Shown here one piece after another: positions 7,129 through 15,744 of a stretch of 32,000 nt of DNA. The position numbers and the translations under genes were made by a program. This DNA comes from Bacillus subtilis subsp. subtilis str. 168 (GTDB taxonomy: Bacteria > Bacillota > Bacilli > Bacillales > Bacillaceae): positions 1,260,001 to 1,292,000 of the forward strand of contig NC_000964.3 of NCBI RefSeq assembly GCF_000009045.1, in the 5' to 3' direction. Numbering within the stretch: position 1 is the first letter of the stretch; each line of letters starts with the position of its first letter. The notes beneath the pieces are model-generated. The model had not been told where the DNA came from. It was given only the letters and a program-made list of their open reading frames with translations, and searched no databases.

Positions 7129-7413
7129 ATGAATAAGGATAAATTAAGGTATGCAATCTTAAAAGAAATTTTTGAAGGTAATACCCCTTTGTCAGAAAAC
7201 GATATTGGAGTTACTGAAGATCAATTTGATGATGCTGTGAACTTTTTAAAACGCGAAGGGTATATCATTGGGGTCCATTATTCAGATGATAGACCTCATT
7301 TATACAAATTAGGACCTGAACTGACAGAGAAAGGTGAAAACTACTTGAAAGAGAATGGAACATGGTCTAAGGCCTATAAGACCATTAAAGAGATTAAAGA
7401 TTGGATTAAATAA
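7129..7413 (+). CDS. yjcQ: YjcQ-family small winged-helix-like protein
   Basis: AAAGGAG SD. 94 aa. It starts 11 nt after the yjcP stop. I recognise it as the founding member of the YjcQ family, which is also found in phages. Confidence 0.8.
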   Translation: MNKDKLRYAILKEIFEGNTPLSENDIGVTEDQFDDAVNFLKREGYIIGVHYSDDRPHLYKLGPELTEKGENYLKENGTWSKAYKTIKEIKDWIK

Positions 7414-7416
7414 TAA

Positions 7417-7442
7417 GAGCATCCTGCGGGGTGCTTTTTTTG
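7417..7442 (+). terminator. Intrinsic terminator after yjcQ
   Basis: gcatcc-tgcg-gggtgc stem-loop (one G-U pair) followed by T7. Confidence 0.75.
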
Positions 7443-7573
7443 TTCCCTGTAAACTGCTTCCGGTAAGTCTCAGGATAGACAATTGGCGGTTAACGGCTTG
7501 AGCACGGTGGTGGTTTAGAGGGAATATCTTTTCCAAAACAACACGAATCAGAAGGGGGCGGCGGTGAATGTAG

Positions 7574-8101
7574 ATGGCCGAAAAGCACATTCAGGCGTAT
7601 AAGGATTACGTCAAAGGCATGAAATACAAGGACCTTGCCGAGAAATACGGGGTGTCAGTGAACACCATTAAATCGTGGAAGCAGCGGCATGGTTGGGAAA
7701 GGAAAAAGGGTGCACCCATTGAAAAAAGTGTGCACACAAAAAAAGGCGGGCAACCGGGCAACAAAAATGCATTAGGGAACAATGGCGGCGCACCACAGAA
7801 GAATCAAAATGCTGTGACTCACGGCTTTTTCTCTAAATTCTTGCCAGAAGAGACGCTTGAAATCATGGAAGAGATTCAGGAGCGTTCGCCAGCTGATATG
7901 ATATGGGATCAGATACAGATTCAATATGCGGCCATTCTTCGGGCGCAAAAGATCATGTTCGTTTCTGATAAGGAAGAAATGATCAAAGAGCTGAAAAAGA
8001 AAAGGTCCCTCATATCTGAGGTCAGCGAAATTGAAGATGGGCTTGTCATTAGTTTTAGTACGTGGTTTCGCTACAGACTTTACAGTGAAACAAACACCTA
8101 A
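7574..8101 (+). CDS. yjcR: Phage terminase small subunit (YjcR-type HTH), probably 3'-truncated or an orphan
   Basis: N-terminal HTH ([24 protein letters not shown]), then a G/N-rich linker, as in Bacillus phage small terminases. No large-terminase gene follows. Confidence 0.7.
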
Positions 8102-8151
8102 CACATTTCACATTGCTTCAGATTGCCTTCAAACTTGATAATATAACTTCT

Positions 8152-8179
8152 AAACCTTCCTATAAAATGAAGGTTTTTT
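8152..8179 (+). terminator. Intrinsic terminator after yjcR
   Basis: aaaccttc / gaaggttt stem with a 9-nt loop and a T-run. Confidence 0.65.
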
Positions 8180-8310
8180 ATTTGATTTCAATTTTTAAAT
8201 CCTTTACATACAGCGATTGATTAACTCGAGCAATCAATGTCGCAGTTATATTTATTTTTCAAGAAAATGTTATAATGAAAAGCCATAAAATGATGGGAGG
8301 GGGAATTTCG

Positions 8311-8592
8311 ATGCATTACATAACGGCATGTTTAAAAATCATCAGTGATAAAGACCTTAATGAGATAATGAAGGAATTCAAAAAACTTGAGGAAGAAACG
8401 AACAAAGAAGAGGGTTGTATTACATTCCATGCTTATCCGCTTGAGCCATCAGAACGTAAAATAATGCTTTGGGAGATTTGGGAAAACGAAGAAGCTGTGA
8501 AAATCCATTTCACAAAAAAACACACAATAGACGTTCAAAAACAAGAATTAACGGAAGTAGAATGGTTAATGAAAAGCAATGTGAATGATTGA
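8311..8592 (+). CDS. yjcS: Small ABM-type (antibiotic biosynthesis monooxygenase-like) protein
   Basis: ATG 8311 lies 8 nt after GGGAGGGGG, so the listed start at 8275 is probably too early. About 93 aa with an ABM-like pattern (..GCITFHAY......IMLWEIWENEEAVKIHF...H). An extended -10 (TGtTATAAT) lies at 8268-8276. Confidence 0.7.
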   Translation: MHYITACLKIISDKDLNEIMKEFKKLEEETNKEEGCITFHAYPLEPSERKIMLWEIWENEEAVKIHFTKKHTIDVQKQELTEVEWLMKSNVND

Positions 8593-8828
8593 AAGGCTCT
8601 TTAAAAAGAGACATTCAATGACTTAGTATCAGCCACTTGTGACTAAGTAGTAAATTGTTGTCCAACTCTTATTTTTTCTATTTAATATTTTTTGAGACGA
8701 AAATGTTTTTTTAAGCTGATTTTAAAATGTATTCAAAGTCAGCTCTGTTTGATTTAATGGATTATATTATTTGGATAGCTTGTTACCATCATAATGGAGA
8801 TACTCCTTATAAATTGGAGGTTAAAATA

Positions 8829-9584
8829 ATGAGTCATTCTCAAGAAAAAATTGCACTAATTACAGGAGCAAGCAGTCAAGGGGATATTGGTACGGCTATT
8901 TGTCGTAAGTTAGCCTCACAGGGTATACATATCTTCTTTACTCACTGGAATTCTGATACGGCCTGGATAGAAGAATTTCAACAAGAAATTTTACGTATGG
9001 GTGTCCGCTGTGAGGCAATGAAAATTGATTTATCAGATGCACATGCTGCATTCACAATACATGAAAAAATTTCAGATAAATTAGGATATCCTTCCATCCT
9101 TATTAATAATGCAGCTCATTCCGCAAGTGATAATTATGTATCGTTAGATGCTAAATCACTTGATGAGCATTATGCGGTTAATATGAGATCGAATTTTCTT
9201 CTTTGTGTTGAATTCGCCCGTCGGTTTAAAAAATCTAATTTAATATCAGGAAGAATCATCAATATGACATCAGGGCAGGATTTAGGTCCTTTGCCTGGGG
9301 AGTTAGCGTATGCAGCAACTAAAGGAGCTATTTCTGCATTTACTAGGTCGTTATCACAAGAACTTGCACCATTGGGCATCACTGTTAACGCCGTAAACCC
9401 AGGTCCAACAGATTCTACATGGATGACAGATGAAATAAGAAATTTTCTTTCACCTAAATTTCCAATGGGGCGTATTGGCACACCAGATGATGCAGCACGA
9501 ATGATTGCCTTTCTTGCAAGTGATGAGGCTGAATGGATAACTGGACAAATTATTCATTCAGAAGGTGGATTTATTCGGGGCTAA
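8829..9584 (+). CDS. yjdA: Short-chain dehydrogenase/reductase (SDR)
   Basis: ATG 8829 follows TTGGAGG. TGASSQGDIG Rossmann motif, NNAA, and catalytic YAATKGA. The listed start at 8727 adds a non-SDR extension. Confidence 0.85.
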   Translation: MSHSQEKIALITGASSQGDIGTAICRKLASQGIHIFFTHWNSDTAWIEEFQQEILRMGVRCEAMKIDLSDAHAAFTIHEKISDKLGYPSILINNAAHSASDNYVSLDAKSLDEHYAVNMRSNFLLCVEFARRFKKSNLISGRIINMTSGQDLGPLPGELAYAATKGAISAFTRSLSQELAPLGITVNAVNPGPTDSTWMTDEIRNFLSPKFPMGRIGTPDDAARMIAFLASDEAEWITGQIIHSEGGFIRG

Positions 9585-9650
9585 GCTAATGAAACACGGT
9601 ATACACCAATGTATGATGTATTCCCAAAACTAAATCTAAACTTGAAGCGA

Positions 9651-9690
9651 AAATAAGGTCCCTTCTCTTTTTAGAGGGGGACCTTATTTT
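9651..9690. terminator. Bidirectional terminator between yjdA and yjdB
   Basis: aaataaggtcc...ggaccttattt long hairpin between convergent genes. Confidence 0.8.
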
Positions 9691-9732
9691 ATTCATGCAT
9701 GTTTTGCATCCAGAAAATCTGGCGGATAAAGA

Positions 9733-10080
9733 TTAATAAACCGTTACATATACTTTTCCGAATACTGCAGTACCTTTAAACAAAGTAATCGTGGCTTTCC
9801 CTTTTGATTTAGCCGTCACTAAACCATTTTGATCGACTTCAGCAACTTTTTGGTTATCAGTCCAATAACGAGTAGCTGAATTATTTTTAACAGAATAGGT
9901 TTCTCCAACTTTTAGAGGTAAATTATAGTCTTGAATCTTGATAACATGTGTAGGTGAAATAGAAATGTTCTTTACTTCAGTAGGTGTGGAGTTTATTTCA
10001 TGAGCTGAAGCTACCCCGCTGACCGACAGAGCTAACGCAGAAATCGATAAAGCAGAAACAACCGTTTTTTTGAAATTCAT
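9733..10080 (-). CDS. yjdB: Small secreted protein with a bacterial Ig-like (Big_2-type) domain
   Basis: ATG 10080 lies 9 nt after AAGGAG. Signal peptide MNFKKTVVSALSISALALSVSGVASA. The C-terminal pattern W.S.N..VA.VD.NG.VTA...G.A.I resembles Big_2. Confidence 0.75.
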   Translation of the reverse strand: MNFKKTVVSALSISALALSVSGVASAHEINSTPTEVKNISISPTHVIKIQDYNLPLKVGETYSVKNNSATRYWTDNQKVAEVDQNGLVTAKSKGKATITLFKGTAVFGKVYVTVY

Positions 10081-10490
10081 TTTGAAACACTCCTTTAAAG
10101 TTTTTTGTCTTGCACTATAACAATTCAATAAAAGTAATTATTTTCCTTGTAAATAAATGTTAATAATATGTGAACGATCAATTGATTTGAGCTAAGAATA
10201 TTGTGTGCCCTGCACAGAGTTTGTATTTATGATGGAAAATTGCTGAGAGAGAATGGCCATCCTTAAAATGTTAATAGCACACATTTGATGGGTATTAGTT
10301 TGTTGAGCGTGTGGAAATTTTGTTACCTGCACTTTATCCCCGAAGATACCAAATCACTTTTCTTCATCATGTTCTTACTTTCGTACTCATACATTAGAAA
10401 ATCTTCGTTCTAAATAGGTGAAGAATTGGAGTATTTTTATGAATTTCTGCTGAATATACATTACATAGCAAACTCAAAGAGTATAAAAAT

Positions 10491-10566
10491 CGCTTTTTTC
10501 CGGAAGCTTCGGTAAAAAACGAAACTTTTGTCTCTATGATTTTGTTTTATAATGTAAACGGTTTCT
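10491..10566 (+). promoter_or_regulatory. manR promoter region: ManR operator-like motif, -10 box and cre site
   Basis: ccggaagcttcggtaaaaaa (10500-10519) is 17/20 identical to a motif upstream of manP. TATAAT at 10548-10553. TGTAAACGGTTTCT (10553-10566) fits the cre consensus WTGNAANCGNWNNCW. Confidence 0.65.
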
Positions 10567-10630
10567 TATATAGTATACTTATACTATCAATTTGCTCAAG
10601 TAGATACTGACAGGAAGGATAGAAAAACAG

Positions 10631-12577
10631 ATGGAATACATAAATACAAGACAAAAAGAGATTTTGTATCTGTTGTTATCTGAACCTGATGACTATTTAG
10701 TTGTGCAAGATTTCGCAGATAGGGTACAGTGTTCTGAAAAAACAATCCGGAATGATTTGAAAGTGATCGAGGATTATCTCAATGAGCATTCTCATGCACA
10801 GCTTATTCGAAAACCAGGGTTGGGCGTTTATTTACATATAGAAGAACAGGAAAGGACCTGGCTAAGCCAACAATTACATACTGAACATTTTTCTTCTAGG
10901 CAGCGGAGCGATAAGGAAAGAATGCTGCACATTGCTTATGACTTATTAATGAATCCGAAGCCTGTTTCCGCAAAAGACATTGCCGCTCGGCATTTTGTCA
11001 ATCGATCTTCCATTAAAAAGGATTTATACGCAGTAGAAGAGTGGCTGAAGCGTTTTGATCTCACACTGGTTTCTAGGCAGCGGCTTGGATTAAAGGTTGA
11101 AGGGAACGAAAGAAATAAAAGAAAGGCATTGGCAAGAATATCTGATTTGATTCACAATACAGCGTTTACCAGCCAATTTATTAAAAGTAAGTTTTTACAT
11201 TATGAAGTAGACTTTGTGACGAAAGAAATCAAATCACTACAAAAAAAGCATTCCCTCTATTTCACAGACGAAACGTTTGAAAGTTTGTTGCTGCATACAT
11301 TGTTAATGGTCCGCCGCATCAAAATGAAGCAGCCGATTTCATTGTCCCCAAAAGAAATGGCGGCAGTAAAAAAGAAGAAAGAATATCAATGGACATTTGC
11401 TTGTTTACAGCGGCTTGAACCGGTTTTTGCAATTCGCTTCCCTGAAGAAGAAGCCGTGTACTTAACATTACATATATTGGGCGGTAAGGTTCGTTATCCA
11501 TTGCAGACAGAAGAGAACCTTGAAAATGCTGTGCTTCCTAAGGTTGTAGGGCATTTAATCAATCGTGTTTCAGAGCTGAAAATGATGGATTTTCACAAGG
11601 ATCAGGATTTGATCAATGGTTTGAACATTCATCTCAATACTGTGCTACAACGGCTGAGCTACGATCTTTCTGTAGCAAATCCTATGCTCAATGACATCAA
11701 AAAGATGTACCCTTATTTGTTCCACCTCATCATTGATGTTTTGGAAGACATCAATCAAACTTTTGATCTTCATATTCCTGAGGAAGAGGCAGCATATTTG
11801 ACATTGCATTTTCAGGCAGCGATCGAACGGATGCAGGGCAGCAGCGAGACACATAAAAAGGCGGTTATCGTCTGCCACATGGGGATTGGGATGTCACAAT
11901 TGCTGCGGACAAAAATTGAACGGAAATATCACCAAATCGCTGTAATGGCTTGTATTGCAAAGGCCGATTTAAAGGATTATATCAAAAAGCATGAGGATAT
12001 TGATCTTGTCATATCCACCATTGCGCTGGAGAATATAACGGTTCCCCATATTGTTGTGTCTCCGCTTTTAGAGCCTGGCGAAGAGAAGAAATTAAGTGCG
12101 TTTATACGTCAGCTGGGCGAATCACACCGCCAAAAACAAAAAACGTTTCAGATGCTGAACAATACGACTCCTTTTTTGGTTTTTTTGCAGCAGGAGGCGG
12201 AGCATCGCTACAAGTTAATCGAACAGCTGGCGACAGCTTTGTTTGAGAAAGGCTATGTTGATAAGGACTATGCGGTTCATGCGGTGATGAGGGAAAAAAT
12301 GTCGGCTACAAATATTGGGTCAGGCATTGCCATTCCTCATGCAAACGCTAAATTTATTAAACAATCAGCAATCGCGATTGCCACATTAAAGGAGCCGCTT
12401 GAATGGGGAAATGAAAAAGTTTCGCTCGTTTTTATGCTGGCTGTCAAACACGAGGATCAAACTATGACAAAGCAGCTGTTTAGCGAGCTTTCATATCTTA
12501 GCGAGCAGCCGGCCTTCGTCCAGAAGCTGACGAAAGAAACCAATGTCATGACATTTTTATCTCATTTGGATTATTAA
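10631..12577 (+). CDS. manR: PRD-containing transcriptional activator of the mannose operon
   Basis: 648 aa. N-terminal HTH/Mga-like region, two PRDs, an EIIB(Gat)-like domain (VIVCHMGIGMSQLL) and a C-terminal EIIA(Mtl)-like domain (GIAIPHANAK). Confidence 0.92.
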   Translation: MEYINTRQKEILYLLLSEPDDYLVVQDFADRVQCSEKTIRNDLKVIEDYLNEHSHAQLIRKPGLGVYLHIEEQERTWLSQQLHTEHFSSRQRSDKERMLHIAYDLLMNPKPVSAKDIAARHFVNRSSIKKDLYAVEEWLKRFDLTLVSRQRLGLKVEGNERNKRKALARISDLIHNTAFTSQFIKSKFLHYEVDFVTKEIKSLQKKHSLYFTDETFESLLLHTLLMVRRIKMKQPISLSPKEMAAVKKKKEYQWTFACLQRLEPVFAIRFPEEEAVYLTLHILGGKVRYPLQTEENLENAVLPKVVGHLINRVSELKMMDFHKDQDLINGLNIHLNTVLQRLSYDLSVANPMLNDIKKMYPYLFHLIIDVLEDINQTFDLHIPEEEAAYLTLHFQAAIERMQGSSETHKKAVIVCHMGIGMSQLLRTKIERKYHQIAVMACIAKADLKDYIKKHEDIDLVISTIALENITVPHIVVSPLLEPGEEKKLSAFIRQLGESHRQKQKTFQMLNNTTPFLVFLQQEAEHRYKLIEQLATALFEKGYVDKDYAVHAVMREKMSATNIGSGIAIPHANAKFIKQSAIAIATLKEPLEWGNEKVSLVFMLAVKHEDQTMTKQLFSELSYLSEQPAFVQKLTKETNVMTFLSHLDY

Positions 12578-12606
12578 AAGCAGGGATTATTCCTTGCTTT
12601 TTTTGT
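12577..12606 (+). terminator. Intrinsic terminator after manR
   Basis: aagcaggga-ttat-tccttgctt (one G-U pair) followed by a T-run. Confidence 0.7.
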
Positions 12607-12619
12607 TATAGGGAAAAAT

Positions 12620-12660
12620 GCCTTTATTACCGGAACCTATGGTAAAAAAAGCGATTTTAA
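12620..12660 (+). promoter_or_regulatory. manP promoter region with ManR operator-like motif
   Basis: ccggaacctatggtaaaaaa (12630-12649) lies within an imperfect palindrome (gcctttattaccgg / ggtaaaaaaagc), about 75 nt upstream of the manP ATG. Confidence 0.65.
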
Positions 12661-12724
12661 TGAGCTGATTTCGGTATACAGTTGAGACAAGATCTTATTA
12701 TTCACACTTTAAAGGAGGTTTCCT

Positions 12725-14677
12725 ATGAAACTGTTAGCGATTACATCTTGTCCGAATGGAATCGCCCATACGTATATGGCAGCAGAAAATCTGCAAAAAG
12801 CTGCTGACAGACTGGGCGTTAGCATCAAAGTTGAGACCCAGGGAGGGATTGGTGTTGAAAATAAGCTAACCGAAGAGGAAATTCGCGAAGCGGACGCAAT
12901 CATTATTGCTGCAGACCGTTCGGTAAACAAAGACCGGTTTATAGGCAAAAAACTGCTGTCTGTGGGGGTACAGGACGGTATCCGCAAACCGGAAGAATTG
13001 ATTCAAAAAGCTCTTAACGGGGATATACCGGTCTATCGTTCCGCTACAAAATCGGAATCCGGTAATCATCAGGAGAAGAAACAAAATCCAATTTACCGTC
13101 ATTTAATGAACGGCGTTTCATTTATGGTTCCTTTCATTGTTGTCGGCGGATTATTGATAGCGGTTGCATTAACGCTTGGAGGGGAGAAAACACCTAAAGG
13201 CTTAGTTATTCCGGATGATTCCTTCTGGAAAACGATTGAACAGATCGGCAGTGCTTCATTTTCATTTATGATTCCGATTTTAGCCGGCTATATCGCCTAT
13301 AGCATCGCTGATAAACCGGGGCTTGTGCCAGGTATGATCGGCGGTTATATTGCGGCGACTGGAAGTTTTTATGACAGCGCAAGCGGCGCCGGATTCCTCG
13401 GGGGGATTATTGCCGGGTTTTTGGCCGGATACGCGGCACTTTGGATCAAAAAATTAAAAGTTCCAAAAGCCATCCAGCCGATTATGCCGATTATTATTAT
13501 TCCGGTGTTTGCATCACTGATTGTAGGTTTAGCGTTTGTGTTTTTGATCGGCGCGCCTGTAGCTCAAATTTTCGCCTCTTTAACAGTTTGGCTGGCGGGG
13601 ATGAAAGGGTCGAGCTCGATCCTTCTGGCATTGATTTTAGGGGCGATGATCTCATTTGATATGGGCGGTCCCGTAAATAAGGTGGCGTTTCTGTTTGGAT
13701 CGGCAATGATTGGAGAAGGAAATTATGAAATTATGGGACCAATTGCTGTCGCCATTTGTATCCCCCCGATTGGCCTTGGCATTGCGACGTTTTTAGGAAA
13801 AAGAAAATTCGAGGCATCTCAAAGAGAAATGGGGAAAGCGGCATTTACGATGGGGCTCTTCGGCATTACTGAAGGAGCGATTCCATTTGCGGCGCAGGAC
13901 CCTCTGCGCGTTATTCCAAGTATTATGGCAGGCTCAATGACAGGTTCTGTGATAGCCATGATTGGCAATGTGGGAGACAGAGTGGCGCACGGCGGACCTA
14001 TCGTTGCAGTGCTTGGCGCAGTTGATCATGTCTTGATGTTTTTTATTGCTGTGATTGCAGGATCTCTTGTCACTGCTCTGTTCGTCAATGTACTAAAAAA
14101 GGATATTACGGCGTCTCCTGTGCTCAGTGAAACTGCACCGACCTCCGCGCCAAGTGAAGCTGCGGCAGCAAATGAAATAAAGCAGCCAATTCAAAGCCAA
14201 AAAGCTGAGATGTCGGAATTTAAAAAACTGACAGACATTATCAGCCCGGAATTAATTGAACCAAATTTATCGGGGGAAACGAGTGATGACATCATAGATG
14301 AATTGATTCAGAAATTGTCACGAAGAGGTGCGCTGCTTTCAGAGAGCGGGTTTAAACAAGCCATTTTGAATCGTGAACAACAGGGAACAACGGCGATTGG
14401 CATGAATATCGCGATTCCGCACGGAAAGTCTGAGGCGGTCAGGGAGCCGAGTGTTGCCTTTGGGATCAAACGATCAGGCGTTGATTGGAATAGCCTGGAT
14501 GGATCAGAAGCTAAATTAATCTTTATGATTGCTGTACCGAAAGAGAGCGGGGGAAACCAGCATCTCAAAATACTGCAGATGCTATCTCGAAAGCTAATGG
14601 ATGACAATTATAGGGAGCGGCTGCTCTCCGTGCAAACAACAGAAGAAGCATACAAGCTGCTAGAAGAAATCGAATAA
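12725..14677 (+). CDS. manP: PTS mannose-specific EIIBCA component (fructose family)
   Basis: AAAGGAGG SD. N-terminal EIIB Cys motif (ITSCPNGIAHTYMAAE), a polytopic EIIC domain, and C-terminal EIIA (NIAIPHGKS). Confidence 0.93.
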   Translation: MKLLAITSCPNGIAHTYMAAENLQKAADRLGVSIKVETQGGIGVENKLTEEEIREADAIIIAADRSVNKDRFIGKKLLSVGVQDGIRKPEELIQKALNGDIPVYRSATKSESGNHQEKKQNPIYRHLMNGVSFMVPFIVVGGLLIAVALTLGGEKTPKGLVIPDDSFWKTIEQIGSASFSFMIPILAGYIAYSIADKPGLVPGMIGGYIAATGSFYDSASGAGFLGGIIAGFLAGYAALWIKKLKVPKAIQPIMPIIIIPVFASLIVGLAFVFLIGAPVAQIFASLTVWLAGMKGSSSILLALILGAMISFDMGGPVNKVAFLFGSAMIGEGNYEIMGPIAVAICIPPIGLGIATFLGKRKFEASQREMGKAAFTMGLFGITEGAIPFAAQDPLRVIPSIMAGSMTGSVIAMIGNVGDRVAHGGPIVAVLGAVDHVLMFFIAVIAGSLVTALFVNVLKKDITASPVLSETAPTSAPSEAAAANEIKQPIQSQKAEMSEFKKLTDIISPELIEPNLSGETSDDIIDELIQKLSRRGALLSESGFKQAILNREQQGTTAIGMNIAIPHGKSEAVREPSVAFGIKRSGVDWNSLDGSEAKLIFMIAVPKESGGNQHLKILQMLSRKLMDDNYRERLLSVQTTEEAYKLLEEIE

Positions 14678-14691
14678 AGCGGGGGATTTTC

Positions 14692-15639
14692 ATGACGACT
14701 GAACCGTTATTTTTCAAGCCTGTTTTCAAAGAAAGAATTTGGGGCGGGACCGCTTTAGCTGATTTTGGCTATACCATTCCGTCACAACGAACAGGGGAGT
14801 GCTGGGCTTTTGCCGCGCATCAAAATGGTCAAAGCGTTGTTCAAAACGGAATGTATAAGGGGTTCACGCTCAGCGAATTATGGGAACATCACAGACATTT
14901 ATTCGGACAGCTTGAAGGGGACCGTTTCCCTCTGCTTACAAAAATATTAGATGCTGACCAGGACTTATCTGTTCAGGTGCATCCGAATGATGAATATGCC
15001 AACATACATGAAAACGGTGAGCTTGGAAAAACAGAATGCTGGTACATTATTGATTGCCAAAAAGATGCCGAGATTATTTATGGCCACAATGCAACAACAA
15101 AGGAAGAACTAACTACCATGATAGAGCGTGGAGAATGGGATGAGCTCTTGCGCCGTGTAAAGGTAAAGCCGGGGGATTTTTTCTATGTGCCAAGCGGTAC
15201 TGTTCATGCGATTGGAAAAGGAATTCTTGCTTTGGAGACGCAGCAGAACTCAGACACAACCTACAGATTATATGATTATGACCGAAAAGATGCAGAAGGC
15301 AAGCTGCGCGAGCTTCATCTGAAAAAGAGCATTGAAGTGATAGAGGTCCCGTCTATTCCAGAACGGCATACAGTTCACCATGAACAAATTGAGGATTTGC
15401 TTACAACGACATTGATTGAATGCGCTTACTTTTCGGTGGGGAAATGGAACTTATCAGGATCAGCAAGCTTAAAGCAGCAAAAACCATTCCTTCTTATCAG
15501 TGTGATTGAAGGGGAGGGCCGTATGATCTCTGGTGAGTATGTCTATCCTTTCAAAAAAGGAGATCATATGTTGCTGCCTTACGGTCTTGGAGAATTTAAA
15601 CTCGAAGGATATGCAGAATGTATCGTCTCCCATCTGTAA
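14692..15639 (+). CDS. manA: Mannose-6-phosphate isomerase, class I
   Basis: 315 aa with cupin-type PMI motifs (SVQVHPND, GKTECWYII, VHAIG). Confidence 0.93.
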   Translation: MTTEPLFFKPVFKERIWGGTALADFGYTIPSQRTGECWAFAAHQNGQSVVQNGMYKGFTLSELWEHHRHLFGQLEGDRFPLLTKILDADQDLSVQVHPNDEYANIHENGELGKTECWYIIDCQKDAEIIYGHNATTKEELTTMIERGEWDELLRRVKVKPGDFFYVPSGTVHAIGKGILALETQQNSDTTYRLYDYDRKDAEGKLRELHLKKSIEVIEVPSIPERHTVHHEQIEDLLTTTLIECAYFSVGKWNLSGSASLKQQKPFLLISVIEGEGRMISGEYVYPFKKGDHMLLPYGLGEFKLEGYAECIVSHL

Positions 15640-15744
15640 CATGGCAGGGCTTGAGAAATAAATTTGCGAGTGAAGACGCCTATTCTCCAGCAATGATCTA
15701 AATAAAATAAGAGTTTAATAGTTGGAGAAGAAATGTTACACTCT

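Larger units (their letters stand above)
5480..8101 (+). mobile_element. Decayed PBSX/skin-like phage remnant (late-regulation and packaging junction only)
   Basis: It contains an Xpf/ArpU-like activator gene and a small-terminase gene on the same strand. Nothing phage-like follows the terminase gene. Confidence 0.6.
2862..10130. mobile_element. Accessory island / degenerate prophage-like region flanking tRNA-Val (boundaries approximate, right end uncertain)
   Basis: It starts right after a tRNA gene. It is a mosaic of visibly AT-rich blocks and phage-derived genes (late activator, small terminase), with decayed ORFs. No integrase, large terminase, structural or lysis genes are present. Confidence 0.6.

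Noticed and set aside
8727-8828. N-terminal extension of yjdA (listed start 8727); the same issue applies to yjcS (8275), yjdB (10128), yjgB (25472), pdaC (21086) and ctaO (20539)
   Set aside because: In each case an internal start codon has a proper SD at correct spacing, and for the SDR it begins exactly at the conserved domain. The extensions lack SDs.
2862-10130. Search for an integrase, recombinase, transposase or IS element in the island
   Set aside because: None of the ORFs on either strand shows Tyr/Ser-recombinase or DDE-transposase features, so the island cannot be called an active mobile element.
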